From a virus: DNA of 64,000 bases. Position numbers and translations under genes: made by a program. Positions 53,032-63,346 of this stretch are shown piece by piece. The notes beneath the pieces were generated by a model. The model worked only from the letters and a program-made list of their open reading frames with translations. It did no database searches and was not told the DNA's origin. Each line of letters starts with the position of its first letter. Within the stretch, counting starts at the first letter, position 1. The stretch lies in the IMG/VR virus record IMGVR_UViG_3300009124_000003; one strand, written 5' to 3'.

Positions 53032-54603
53032 ATGTCCGACACGTTTATTCCGCCAGCGCTTGATACCGCTGCTGCTTTTATTGATTGGGCGAAGTCCAGT
53101 AAGGTGCCGTTTCGCGATGGTTCTGGCAATCTTATTGTTTGGAATCCTGACCTGGGCGATTTTGAAGAGATCGAGTCGTACGGGCGAGAATCTTTTTACC
53201 TTGGAGAGATCGGTGAACTCAACGTTAGTGTTCGTCAGCATATTATTTCATGTGAACAGCGACTTACTGCTAACTCTGTAAGCGGTCTAACTGTGCAGCT
53301 TTATGACCCCGAGTTTCAAATGTACAAAAACGGATACTTTGACTTGGAACGAACTATGAATTATAACGGTTATTTCTACAGGCTCACCAAAGTTTCAATG
53401 CAGTATCGTGAAGGCCGTCAGATAGTGCAGCTAAATGGCCGATCCTACAATGCTTACAAACTAATGGAAGATCGAGGTAATCAAACCTGGACCGGCATTT
53501 CTCCGACCCAGTTCGCTCAGATCAAAGCCGCTGAGGCTGGCATGGAGTTTTTTGGTGAGGTCACTGCTGTCGGTGACCCTATTCAGCGCGTCCAGAAAGA
53601 CAACACCGACGAGTCTACGTGGGACGTTCTCAGCAAACTGGCTAAAGAGAACGAGTTCTCGTTGTTTGAGGCAAACAACAAACTCTTCTTCGCTACCGAC
53701 AAAACAATTATTGCCAACCAGAACCCGGAGATTGTCCGTATTCCTGCCACGACCGACGACACACTTGTTTTGCTAGACGCCGATTTTAAGCGTAGCGTGG
53801 ACGACAAGTATAGTGGTGGCGTGGACATCCGTTTCCATAAGACCGCTGTAGCTACCAAGCTTACCCCTGGCATGGCTATCCGCATTATCGGTATGGGTGA
53901 TTTTGACGAGATTGATTTGATGGTTGAGAACGTGCAGGTTGATATTAAGCCTGAGTCTCAGGTGCGTATTTCGTGTCGTTCCACGGAGAATCTGGGTGGT
54001 TGCGCGTTGCAGACGTTCCAGCGTGGCGATCGTGGCGAGTGCGTGAAGCGTATTCAGCGTGCGGTTCGTGAGTTTACGTCGACTGTACGGCCACAGCGTC
54101 AGCAGACTCAGACTACGGAAACTGACCTTGCAGATGGACCGGCTCTGACGCTATCGGCTGGAGGTTTAACGCTACGTGTTCCGGTACCTTCTACTCCTGT
54201 TACTAGAACACCTAAGGAGACTGCGCTGTTGCAGGCGACGTCTGGTTATGGGTCAGGTAACACGGTCGCTCCTAATACTAAAGCTACAGGAGAAGCCGTC
54301 GGTACACCGAACCCGATTAGCGGCGGGCCTCCGTCACAGAATCGTTCTGAGGGCCGTGGTGGTGTCGTTAACCTAGGTCCTCCGGCTCATACGATGACGG
54401 GTGACCCGGGCTCGGCTTGGAACTCCGCAAAGCAGTCTACGGAGCCGTTGCCTTCTAAAACGGTTAACCGCCTATTGAGTATCGACGGCGTGTTTGGTCG
54501 CAACACCGAAACTGCTGTCAAGCAGTTCCAGACCAAGGTCGGTCTGCCTTCTACGGGCATCGTGGACCGTGACACTTGGGAAGCGATCGAGAGGAAAACC
54601 TGA
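53032..54603 (+). CDS. Baseplate hub (gpD/gp27-like) with a C-terminal PG-binding domain
   Basis: ESTWDVLSKLAKE..FEANNKLFF; IDGVFG.NTETAVKQFQ..GL..TGIVD. Confidence 0.8.
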   Translation: MSDTFIPPALDTAAAFIDWAKSSKVPFRDGSGNLIVWNPDLGDFEEIESYGRESFYLGEIGELNVSVRQHIISCEQRLTANSVSGLTVQLYDPEFQMYKNGYFDLERTMNYNGYFYRLTKVSMQYREGRQIVQLNGRSYNAYKLMEDRGNQTWTGISPTQFAQIKAAEAGMEFFGEVTAVGDPIQRVQKDNTDESTWDVLSKLAKENEFSLFEANNKLFFATDKTIIANQNPEIVRIPATTDDTLVLLDADFKRSVDDKYSGGVDIRFHKTAVATKLTPGMAIRIIGMGDFDEIDLMVENVQVDIKPESQVRISCRSTENLGGCALQTFQRGDRGECVKRIQRAVREFTSTVRPQRQQTQTTETDLADGPALTLSAGGLTLRVPVPSTPVTRTPKETALLQATSGYGSGNTVAPNTKATGEAVGTPNPISGGPPSQNRSEGRGGVVNLGPPAHTMTGDPGSAWNSAKQSTEPLPSKTVNRLLSIDGVFGRNTETAVKQFQTKVGLPSTGIVDRDTWEAIERKT

Positions 54604-56834
54604 TGGACCCTTCACGTTACGGCTCGCCTGCTAGCCGAAGTGTATCTACTGAACCGACGGGTTTCTATCGTGGCGTGGTGAAAGCTGTCGATGGTGATAC
54701 TGTCACGGTTCAGGTTCCACGTTTGTTTGGTGGCGCGCAGATTCCTGATGTTCCTGTTGCTGGTCCTGGGTTGTCGGTTGATGATCCGGTGTTTGTTTCG
54801 TTTATTGAGGGTCGTCGTGGTGCTTTGTTGGCGTTTGCTGCTGCGGGTGCTGCTGCTGTTGGTGATATTACTTCGGTGACGGCTGGTACAAATTTGAATG
54901 GTGGCGGCACGTCGGGTCCTGTTACGGTTAATTTGGATTCAGATATTACTTTGACTTCGGTAACGGCTGACGATTTTTACGGTGATTTGCATGGCGCTAT
55001 TCATTTGCAAGTGAAGAACGTGGATAGTGTGGCTTTGTCGCAGGGCGATCCTGTGTATGCTACTGGCGCTGTGGGGGCTTCTGGGGCTATTGAGGTGCAG
55101 GGGTCGTCTGCTGGTTCTGCGGGCACGATGCCTGCTATGGGTTTGTTGGATCAGGATTTGGTTGTTAATGGCCAGGGTGACGTTGTTGTTTCTGGTGTTT
55201 TGCAGAATTTTGATACGGATACTCCGGGTTATAGTGTGGGTGACGAGTTGTATGTTGCTGTGTCTGGTGGTTTGACGACGACTCGGCCTTCGGGGTCTTC
55301 TGAGTTGGTTCAGAAGATTGGTAAGGTTATTCGTGTTCAGCAGCAGACTGGTGAGATTTTGGTTCAGGGCGCTGGTCGTACAAACGACGTGCCAAACAAC
55401 ATTGTTGCTGGTGGGTTGACGGTTGATACGGACACGTTGCATGTGGATGCGACGAATGATCGTGTCGGTATTGGCACCACGTCGCCTGACTCGCCTTTGC
55501 ATGTTGCTGGCACTATTGACGCCAACGGCAACTTGAACCTGAAGCAGTCAAACAACAGTTCGTCGGTCAACTTGATGGACACGCTTGACGGCACGTTCTG
55601 GCATCTTTCAGGCCCACGCACCAACAACAACAACTTCAACCTGTATTGGTACAACGGTTCTAGTTATGCGTTGAACACGTCGTTTACGGATGATGGCAAG
55701 GTCGGTATCGGCACCGAGTCGCCGGTCGCCGGTCTCGACATTGCGACGACCGCAGGCGACACGTGGACGACGAACGGCTGGGACTCCGGCCTGATCCTGA
55801 ACGCCGCGTCGGCGCTTCGTTGGCGGACCGCTAGCGGAGTCGATTGGGGAATCGGCAACTCCGGTTCGACCCTCTACTTCATGTCGTCCACTGACTCTGG
55901 GACTGGCGCTGCGGCGGACTATCGGATGGTGATCAACAGCAGCGGTCAGGTTGGTATTGGCACCACGGCTCCTACTGCGGGTTTTGAGCTGGATGTGATT
56001 GGTGATGGCCGTTTCTCCAGTTCGGTTTACGCTCAGTTGCATAACTCCAACAGCAATCAATCTCGGGACAAACTGCGAGTGTGGAACAGCGGCTCCTACA
56101 CTATCGGGATGAAGACCGGCTACAAGTTCGGCTATCTCGGCGGTACTGGTACTGGCTCGGATTACGCTATGTCGTTCCAGATGAATAACAATATCAACCG
56201 TGGATTCTGGTGGGGCGATGACGGCCATAGCGACTCTCAGGGCGCTATGTCGCTGACGACGGGTGGCCAGCTTTACGTCGCCACCCGCATTCATGTCGGC
56301 GCTGGCGAATCGAGGACCGATCCGCTGACGACGTACAACTTCGTCAACAGCGGCACGACGTACCTGTACGGCAATGTTTCAGCACCCGGCATTTACAACC
56401 TCACGACAGCAGCGACCACGCCATACATCCACCTGAGTTCAAGCACCTACGCCTACAAGCTTTACCGCTCGACCTCGACGCTTGCGTCCAAGCGAAACAT
56501 CGAAGAATTGAGCGACACCTACGCCGACTTCATGCTTCAGTCTCGGCCCGTTTGGTATCAGTCGGCAATTGAGACTGACGACCCTGGCTGGTCATGGCTC
56601 GGCTTGATCGCTGAAGAACAGGCCGCCCTTGATCCTCACCTTGCCAACTGGCAGGTGCGGGAAGATTGGGACGGCGAGGAGTTCGAGCACCTGTCGATGT
56701 ACCCAGCCGAAGCACTTGAAGTTTCAGGTGTTCCCTACGAAAGATTGTCGGTGCCTCTGTTGTTGCTGTGCCAGCGTCAGCAGCGAGAGATTGACGATCT
56801 TCAGGCACGACTAGCTGCGCTAGAAGCACAGTAA
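54603..56834 (+). CDS. Baseplate spike-like OB domain fused to a fibre and an S74-like chaperone
   Basis: GFYRGVV..VTVQVPRL..DPVFVSF.EG; TLHVD..NDRVGIGTTSP repeats; SKRNIEEL..GLIAEE..YERL..LLL..Q. Confidence 0.8.
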   Translation: MDPSRYGSPASRSVSTEPTGFYRGVVKAVDGDTVTVQVPRLFGGAQIPDVPVAGPGLSVDDPVFVSFIEGRRGALLAFAAAGAAAVGDITSVTAGTNLNGGGTSGPVTVNLDSDITLTSVTADDFYGDLHGAIHLQVKNVDSVALSQGDPVYATGAVGASGAIEVQGSSAGSAGTMPAMGLLDQDLVVNGQGDVVVSGVLQNFDTDTPGYSVGDELYVAVSGGLTTTRPSGSSELVQKIGKVIRVQQQTGEILVQGAGRTNDVPNNIVAGGLTVDTDTLHVDATNDRVGIGTTSPDSPLHVAGTIDANGNLNLKQSNNSSSVNLMDTLDGTFWHLSGPRTNNNNFNLYWYNGSSYALNTSFTDDGKVGIGTESPVAGLDIATTAGDTWTTNGWDSGLILNAASALRWRTASGVDWGIGNSGSTLYFMSSTDSGTGAAADYRMVINSSGQVGIGTTAPTAGFELDVIGDGRFSSSVYAQLHNSNSNQSRDKLRVWNSGSYTIGMKTGYKFGYLGGTGTGSDYAMSFQMNNNINRGFWWGDDGHSDSQGAMSLTTGGQLYVATRIHVGAGESRTDPLTTYNFVNSGTTYLYGNVSAPGIYNLTTAATTPYIHLSSSTYAYKLYRSTSTLASKRNIEELSDTYADFMLQSRPVWYQSAIETDDPGWSWLGLIAEEQAALDPHLANWQVREDWDGEEFEHLSMYPAEALEVSGVPYERLSVPLLLLCQRQQREIDDLQARLAALEAQ

Positions 56835-56897
56835 TTCCACGGTTTGACAGACCCGACATGCGCTAAACTATAGATAGGATCTTCAAAAGGATTTATT

Positions 56898-57197
56898 GTG
56901 GCTTCTGTGATTTCATTCCCTATCAAATTTGAAACTAATGGGTCGTTTGCTAAGGTCGAGCAAGGCTCAGACCTTCACAAAGCGCAGCAAGTTTCGGGTT
57001 TTGTTAAGACTGAACTGGGCGAACGTCCTGTTTTTCGCGAGTTTGGGATTACAGATCCGACGTTTGATCGTTTCGATGCTGAAGGTTTCACCGAACGTTT
57101 CCAACTGTTTTACAAGTCTGATAGGATTAAACTTACCAACATCGAACTTGCCGAGCAGGCCGGTGCCGTCGTTGAAATTGATATCGAATTCGAGTAA
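56898..57197 (+). CDS. Baseplate wedge gp25-like protein
   Basis: T..GERP..EFGI.DP motif; directly before the J-like gene. Confidence 0.8.
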   Translation: MASVISFPIKFETNGSFAKVEQGSDLHKAQQVSGFVKTELGERPVFREFGITDPTFDRFDAEGFTERFQLFYKSDRIKLTNIELAEQAGAVVEIDIEFE

Positions 57198-57208
57198 GGT
57201 ATATAAAT

Positions 57209-58429
57209 ATGGCTACTTCACCTGATTTCTCCGAATACGTCGACCTGACCATCTACGACACGGACGCCGAGTCCTTGTTGAACCAGATCATCACGTACGG
57301 TCGCGCTATCATTCCCGAATGGTCTCCCGCTGCTGGCGAGGTCGAAATGATGCTTGCCGAGGTTTTTGCTGTCGGCGCCGCCGACCTAGCTAGCTACATC
57401 AACCGTCTCCCAGGCGGTATTTTGGAAGCTGTCATCGCCCTGTTCGACGTTGAGCGTTCAGACGGTGTCGCAGCTACCGGTACAGTGCAGTTCACCATGG
57501 TGGATACAAACGGCCATACGATCCCTTCGGGAACTAACGTCGTTTACACGGGCGGTCTAGTTCCTTTGGTTTTTTCCACGGACTCCGACCTTGTAATTTC
57601 TTCAGGATCAAGTACTGGTTCGGTTGCGGTTACAGCCCTTACTGTGGGATCTGCACACAACTCAGTTCCTGCTTCTGCGACAGTTCAAGCGATTTCTAAC
57701 ACCGACTATGTTTCTACCGTGGAGTTCACTTCTACGAATGGCGCTACGGGCGGTGAAGACCCTGACACTGACGAAGTGTTCTTGTCGCGAGTCACCAACA
57801 CTTTCTCGACGTATTCGTCGGCACTAGTCACTCCTTCACAGATTCGTGCATCCGTTTTGGACAACTTCCGCTCTACGGCATATCGGTGTGCGGTTTACGA
57901 CAAGGAGCGCTACCTTGACCGTGCCGTTTTCAGCACGACTGAGCACCCGGGCTATGTGTTGGTTGCTGTCGCAAGTCAAAATACTACAAACTCCAGTGGT
58001 AACTTCTCTGACACTACCTTGTCTGCCTCCGAGATCTCCGACATTCGAACCCATCTAGAAGACCGGATTCCTGCTGGTCTCCAGGTCGATATTATGTCTG
58101 CCGAGGTCGTGTCTGTGAGTGTAACAGCTTCGGTAGTTACTTTGGACGGCTCTGACACATCAGTAGTCGAAACTGCTATCAACAATGCTTTGGCAGTATA
58201 TTTTGACCCTAACGTTTGGGACTGGACCAAGAGTGTGGTTCGAGTCAACGAAGTGATCTCTCTTATCGACGGTGTTACTGGTGTCGACTATGTTAGCTCT
58301 GTTTCTCTTGCGGGCAATGCAGAAATCTTCCCTGCCGGTGCCGATAACTTTACTGTAAGCACCGACCTTCAGCTTAATAACCTGGGAACTTTGGTTGGTA
58401 ACGGTACGCACACGCTGACGGTGACCTGA
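57209..58429 (+). CDS. Baseplate J-like protein
   Basis: TVQFT, IPSGT, GGEDPDTDE.FL.R, LIDGVTGVDYV. Confidence 0.9.
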   Translation: MATSPDFSEYVDLTIYDTDAESLLNQIITYGRAIIPEWSPAAGEVEMMLAEVFAVGAADLASYINRLPGGILEAVIALFDVERSDGVAATGTVQFTMVDTNGHTIPSGTNVVYTGGLVPLVFSTDSDLVISSGSSTGSVAVTALTVGSAHNSVPASATVQAISNTDYVSTVEFTSTNGATGGEDPDTDEVFLSRVTNTFSTYSSALVTPSQIRASVLDNFRSTAYRCAVYDKERYLDRAVFSTTEHPGYVLVAVASQNTTNSSGNFSDTTLSASEISDIRTHLEDRIPAGLQVDIMSAEVVSVSVTASVVTLDGSDTSVVETAINNALAVYFDPNVWDWTKSVVRVNEVISLIDGVTGVDYVSSVSLAGNAEIFPAGADNFTVSTDLQLNNLGTLVGNGTHTLTVT

Positions 58430-58431
58430 TC

Positions 58432-61401
58432 ATGGCGATCTCAAACGCTATCGGAGGTGTAAACACCACGTTCGCTACCGGGGTGGGCGACTGGTTAGCG
58501 ACGAACGCTACCGCTGTAAGAGATCTAAACAGATCTTTGTACACAAACGCTATCAAGTACAACTCAAGCACTGCAAAAGTGCGAGAGCACGCTGCAAAAG
58601 TTACCGCCACCAGCACGACAGCTCCAACATTCGAGCTAGACTCAATTGCCGTGTCTGGCGGCAAAGTCACTCTCGCTTCCTGTACTGTGGCTAGTTCAGT
58701 CATCGGTACTGCCTATGCACGCATGGACCTGGCTTTCTACGATGCGGTCGGCACCCAGACTGGTTCCACGGTTACGGGCACCTCGACAGATGTCGAAGCT
58801 CAAGCTAGCTCGCTTGTTTGGAGTTTGCTTATGGTGTCTGGTCAAGCTCCAGATGATGCTGTTACTGCTAAAGTCACTTTGACGTTTGGTCGGAACAGCG
58901 TCAGTGACGTTATTTCGACTGCTGTTGTTGGTGATTATTGGTTGGTTGCTAGCCCTGGGCTAGTGTCGTTCACGAACTTTGACTGGTTCATGGAGTACGC
59001 ATATCAGAACCTTCCCGGATTCGTAAGAAACGGAGATGAAGATTCTCGCTTCCTCAACCGATTCATGACTACGCTGTTTAAGCCTTCGTCTGAGATTAGA
59101 GAGATTGCTAAGAATTTGCGTTATGATCGTGCCGCTGAAGGCACCGAGCATCTTCCTGTTTTGGTAGACCCTGATAACATGTCGTATCTGTATTTCGAGT
59201 GGCTGGCCAGTATTCTAGGCGTGAAGCTGGGTGCTTCTGCTTCTGCTGCTGGTTCTAATTGGTCTACGTTGTACACGCTGGCTGACACGGATGCTGGCCG
59301 TGTGCATAACTCTGCTGATGGCACAAAGGGTGACGGCATTGTTACGTGGGCTGAGTGGAATCGCGAGTTTGGTACTATCTCTTCGGGAACAGCGGATTTC
59401 ACGCAGTCCGATGACACATGGACGACAGCTTCAGCTCACGGGTTGAATGTTGGTGATAGCCTTGAGTTTACTTCGTCGGACACGAACCCTTCGGAGTACA
59501 GCACTGGAGTGACGTACTATGTTGTTGCGGCCGACACCACTACAACGTTCCAGCTTTCTACGACTCCGGGCGGCAGCGTTCTTGCTGGCACGGTAGACAG
59601 CGGAGCTAGTTGGGGCTACGATGCTTTGGCTTCGTTCGAGTGGTCTGAGATTGCGGGCGCTAATGCAGGTTCGTTCGACGGTGTTGCTGCCACACGTTTG
59701 CTACTGAAGCACGCCGCTAGTGGTGTTCACGCTGGTAAGTTGCCCACGATGGATACGTTTTTGCGTGAGTTTGTGGACCCGGCGTATCAGTTTTTGTTGA
59801 AGCCGTTGGAGTATTCGAGCCCTCAGTTCACGAAGCTTGTTGCTGATAACCGTGATGTGACTGATGGTGGTTTGGTTCTTGATAACTTCTTGGATTTGAT
59901 TTCGCCTGCTGGTACTTCTACGGTGGTTTCGGCTTCGTCTACTCCGATGAAGGAGTCGGCAACGTTTGCTTTCTTGAGCAACTATTACGGTGAGGCCGGT
60001 GCTCCGTTCGGTCCGCAGGGTCTTGTCAACGAGGCTGGCGGTGCTATTACTGGCTCGCTGATGCAGTATCCGACAGCGTTGGGCGAGCTTCCTTTGTTGG
60101 GCGGTATTATCGGCCCTGCACCGTTGGGTCCGGGTTGCGCGCTTTTGGCCGGTCACCGGGTGTCTCTGAAGCCTGACACGGCCGACATTGTTTATGACTT
60201 GGGCAATGGCGATTCTGAAAACTTCGATATCATTGTCGGGCTTTCGTCTGTGACGCTTCCGGCTTCAGGCGCTCGTACTGTCGCTAGTGGCACGAACTGG
60301 GCTTTGAAGCTGGAATCTACCGGGGCCGTAACTTTGGATTGGGGTGCTGCTTCTCACACGAGTACAGCCACTTATGACTTCGATAACAAGTCTGATGTTG
60401 CTGTCCAGTATGTTCGAATCAACAAGGTCGATACCACCTTAAAGGTATTTGTTCAGGACTCGCTGTTTTCAGACTGGGACGATAATCAGCTTGGCGACGA
60501 CATTACGGTTGCGTCTACAGTCGCTTCGGCAGGAGCCACCGACTTTATCATCTTGGCTCACGCCGATCCGACTAGCGATGTCGAACTAGGTTCGTTGTCT
60601 TGTGCAGTTCACCGAGTTCTACTGTTTACCGCCAGTAATGGTACTGCTGCTTGGTCGGAGTCGACAGGTGAATACTACGATTACAGTACCGCCGATTTGG
60701 ATGCCAACCTGGGAGAACTGTCCTCATCTGACTACTATGCCACGACGGGCATCACGATGAATGCTGTAGACTTCGACATTACCGATAGCGGAGATGCTAA
60801 CGAGCTTGCAGACAGCACTACAGCTAACGATTTGACGATCGCTAACGACGGCACGTACGACTATGTCAATATCAGCACTCAAGAGTTCTCAGTGTATGAC
60901 GACGAACCCCTGTTCGTGCATGACGAGTTCTCAATGAGTGTCACGGTCATGGACCCCTTGTCTACGTCAGCTTTCGATCTTGTAGACTATGCCCACACTG
61001 ACATTAGCACCAATTTCACGATCGAGTTCGTACAGTCTAGCGGTCTTAAGCTTCGTGTTAGCCTGACCGACGGGACGAACACGCTGACCCATGACGTTGA
61101 CGCTAGTAGCTGGAGTGGCACTACGGACTGGCACGCAGTCACCGCCACGTATTCGACAGGCAACGGATTGACTGTTTATGTGGACGGTGTGGAAGATGGT
61201 TCTGATGACTCGGCCGACTTGGTATTTGTGGATACTTCCCAGAATGATCCTGCTGTTGATCTGGGGCGCTTGTCTAATGTGATGATCGGTGGAGGTTCTG
61301 GTATCACGGGAGACGTTGATTGTCGTTACGTGGCGTTCCACAAGTTCGAAATGACGGCTGCTCAGGCGCTGGCTTTGGCCGGTGAGCTTGGCACTGTGTA
61401 G
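58432..61401 (+). CDS. Baseplate/tail protein (gpI-like region plus LamG-like domains)
   Basis: LPGFVR..D..FLNRFM, YFEWLASILG; WHAVTATY..VYVDG. Confidence 0.7.
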   Translation: MAISNAIGGVNTTFATGVGDWLATNATAVRDLNRSLYTNAIKYNSSTAKVREHAAKVTATSTTAPTFELDSIAVSGGKVTLASCTVASSVIGTAYARMDLAFYDAVGTQTGSTVTGTSTDVEAQASSLVWSLLMVSGQAPDDAVTAKVTLTFGRNSVSDVISTAVVGDYWLVASPGLVSFTNFDWFMEYAYQNLPGFVRNGDEDSRFLNRFMTTLFKPSSEIREIAKNLRYDRAAEGTEHLPVLVDPDNMSYLYFEWLASILGVKLGASASAAGSNWSTLYTLADTDAGRVHNSADGTKGDGIVTWAEWNREFGTISSGTADFTQSDDTWTTASAHGLNVGDSLEFTSSDTNPSEYSTGVTYYVVAADTTTTFQLSTTPGGSVLAGTVDSGASWGYDALASFEWSEIAGANAGSFDGVAATRLLLKHAASGVHAGKLPTMDTFLREFVDPAYQFLLKPLEYSSPQFTKLVADNRDVTDGGLVLDNFLDLISPAGTSTVVSASSTPMKESATFAFLSNYYGEAGAPFGPQGLVNEAGGAITGSLMQYPTALGELPLLGGIIGPAPLGPGCALLAGHRVSLKPDTADIVYDLGNGDSENFDIIVGLSSVTLPASGARTVASGTNWALKLESTGAVTLDWGAASHTSTATYDFDNKSDVAVQYVRINKVDTTLKVFVQDSLFSDWDDNQLGDDITVASTVASAGATDFIILAHADPTSDVELGSLSCAVHRVLLFTASNGTAAWSESTGEYYDYSTADLDANLGELSSSDYYATTGITMNAVDFDITDSGDANELADSTTANDLTIANDGTYDYVNISTQEFSVYDDEPLFVHDEFSMSVTVMDPLSTSAFDLVDYAHTDISTNFTIEFVQSSGLKLRVSLTDGTNTLTHDVDASSWSGTTDWHAVTATYSTGNGLTVYVDGVEDGSDDSADLVFVDTSQNDPAVDLGRLSNVMIGGGSGITGDVDCRYVAFHKFEMTAAQALALAGELGTV

Positions 61402-61439
61402 TAAACTATAACTAGGTACTCTTTGGAGAGGTTTTTCGT

Positions 61440-62933
61440 ATGGCTACAACCCGATTTAGCTTGATTCAGTGGGACGACGACACGGCCGCTGTTGATCGTA
61501 CGCAATTCAACGACGCGTTTGCCAGCATCGACAACCTCGGTGCCGGTTACACGCAGACTACTGGTGCCCCTGCTGCTGCTTCGGCAGACAAGGTCGGTTT
61601 CTTGCATTTCAACATCACCGATGACACGCTGTTTTATTGCGACGGTTCGACCTGGCAACAGATCAATATTTTTGCAAACACCACGGACTCTACGATTTCT
61701 GCCATTACCCCTGGCGATTCTAAGTCTGCTGGTGCCTCCACGGACGTGGCTAAAGCCGATCACGTTCATGAGATGCCCGCTTTCGGCACTATCGCCAACC
61801 TTGCTTCTTCAGCTACCTCATCTAACGGCTCCGCTACGACGTTTGCTAAGTCTGACCACGTTCACGGTATCCCGAACAACACGATCACCAACGACATGCT
61901 TGTGGGCAACATCGCCGGTTCGAAGCTGGTTAGTAGCACGGTGACTACTACTCAAATTGCTTCTAACACGATCACGGGTTCTAACATTAACTCTGCTACT
62001 ACTATCACTGCGGCTAATATCGGTGTAGGTGCAAGCCCAAGCTACCCGCTAGACGTTGACGGTGAGGTGAGGGCGAGTGGTGTTGTCCGGGCTGAAGGCG
62101 ATATTCGGGTCGGTGTAAGCGGTGGTGGTGACAGCGTCATCTACTTCCATGATGACAACTCGAACACGTGGCGGGTGTTCGGCTGGGATGACGATGAGAA
62201 CAGGTTCAACCTCAATGATAATACGAACGTCACAGGTAACATTACTGCTACCGGTACGATCACTGGAACATTTTCTGGTAATTTGACTGGTAACGTGACC
62301 GGTACTGCATCCAACGCTGCTTTGCTTGACACCCTGGACTCGACACAGTTCCTGCGGTCTGACACTGAAGACACAGCGACGGGTCGTTTGACGATCGACA
62401 CTTCAAACGTCGGCGCCGCAGGTCTTCAGTCGCTCAACATTGAAGATGACAGTACTAACGGCACGGCAGGCATCAGCATCCGATACCCGAACAACACTGG
62501 GTTTGGGCAGCACGGCGTGTTCCGCATGTCGAACGCCAGTATTCACCGATGGGTGTTTTTGCAGGAGGACAACGCCACCCTTGCCGACGCTCAGCTTCAG
62601 AGCTTGTATTACTCGGGTTCGTTGACCAGCACGTCAGACGAAACGCTGAAGAACAACGAAGGCCCGGCGTTGGGTCTGTCGTTTGTGAACCGTCTTGCAC
62701 CGTTTACTGGTACTTGGATTGACGGTGACGGCGAGAAACATCAGTTCCTTGGTGCTCAGTCGGTTGAGGCTGCGTTGACTGCTGAAGGCGTCGACGCAGC
62801 CGATTACGGCATGATCGGTAACGATTCTGAGATCGGGCCTCGCACCATGTCGTACATGGAGCTTGTGCCTGTGCTGGTGAAAGCGGTGCAGGAACTCGCT
62901 GATCGACTTGAGGCGGTTGAGGCTGGTTCCTGA
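61440..62933 (+). CDS. Tail fibre with a C-terminal S74 chaperone
   Basis: SDETLKNN...FLGAQSV..Y.ELVPVLVKAVQEL. Confidence 0.85.
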   Translation: MATTRFSLIQWDDDTAAVDRTQFNDAFASIDNLGAGYTQTTGAPAAASADKVGFLHFNITDDTLFYCDGSTWQQINIFANTTDSTISAITPGDSKSAGASTDVAKADHVHEMPAFGTIANLASSATSSNGSATTFAKSDHVHGIPNNTITNDMLVGNIAGSKLVSSTVTTTQIASNTITGSNINSATTITAANIGVGASPSYPLDVDGEVRASGVVRAEGDIRVGVSGGGDSVIYFHDDNSNTWRVFGWDDDENRFNLNDNTNVTGNITATGTITGTFSGNLTGNVTGTASNAALLDTLDSTQFLRSDTEDTATGRLTIDTSNVGAAGLQSLNIEDDSTNGTAGISIRYPNNTGFGQHGVFRMSNASIHRWVFLQEDNATLADAQLQSLYYSGSLTSTSDETLKNNEGPALGLSFVNRLAPFTGTWIDGDGEKHQFLGAQSVEAALTAEGVDAADYGMIGNDSEIGPRTMSYMELVPVLVKAVQELADRLEAVEAGS

Positions 62934-63298
62934 TGGTTCCCGCCGAATATGACCTGAGAGTGGTTTCAGGTGAAGAGTTCACTCGCGAATTCTGCCTGTT
63001 CAACTACGAAGATGCTGATGATCTAAGTACAGACGTTCCAGCACCGTTGTTCGACACGGATGTGGTTATTTCAGTGAAGCGCTACCTATCTGACAGTCAG
63101 GACACGTTGTACACGTGGGATTCTGCCACGGATGACCGCATCGCAGTTACCCCTCACGAGGGTTCTTTTACGTTGACTTTGAGCGCAGAAGATGTGAGCG
63201 CGTTTGATAAAGAGCATGTTTACGATGTGTTTTTGAGAGCGCCCGAAGGGATGCTTTGCATCATCCAGGGCAAGATCTTTCCTGCCTATCCCGTCTGA
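62933..63298 (+). CDS. Hypothetical virion-associated protein
   Basis: TGATG coupling; YDL....GE.F..., GSFTLTL..., YDVFL..IIQG. Confidence 0.7.
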   Translation: MVPAEYDLRVVSGEEFTREFCLFNYEDADDLSTDVPAPLFDTDVVISVKRYLSDSQDTLYTWDSATDDRIAVTPHEGSFTLTLSAEDVSAFDKEHVYDVFLRAPEGMLCIIQGKIFPAYPV

Positions 63299-63346
63299 TA
63301 CCTGCTGTTTGTGGTATCCTATCTGTAGAGCTTCTAGGAGATTGCT

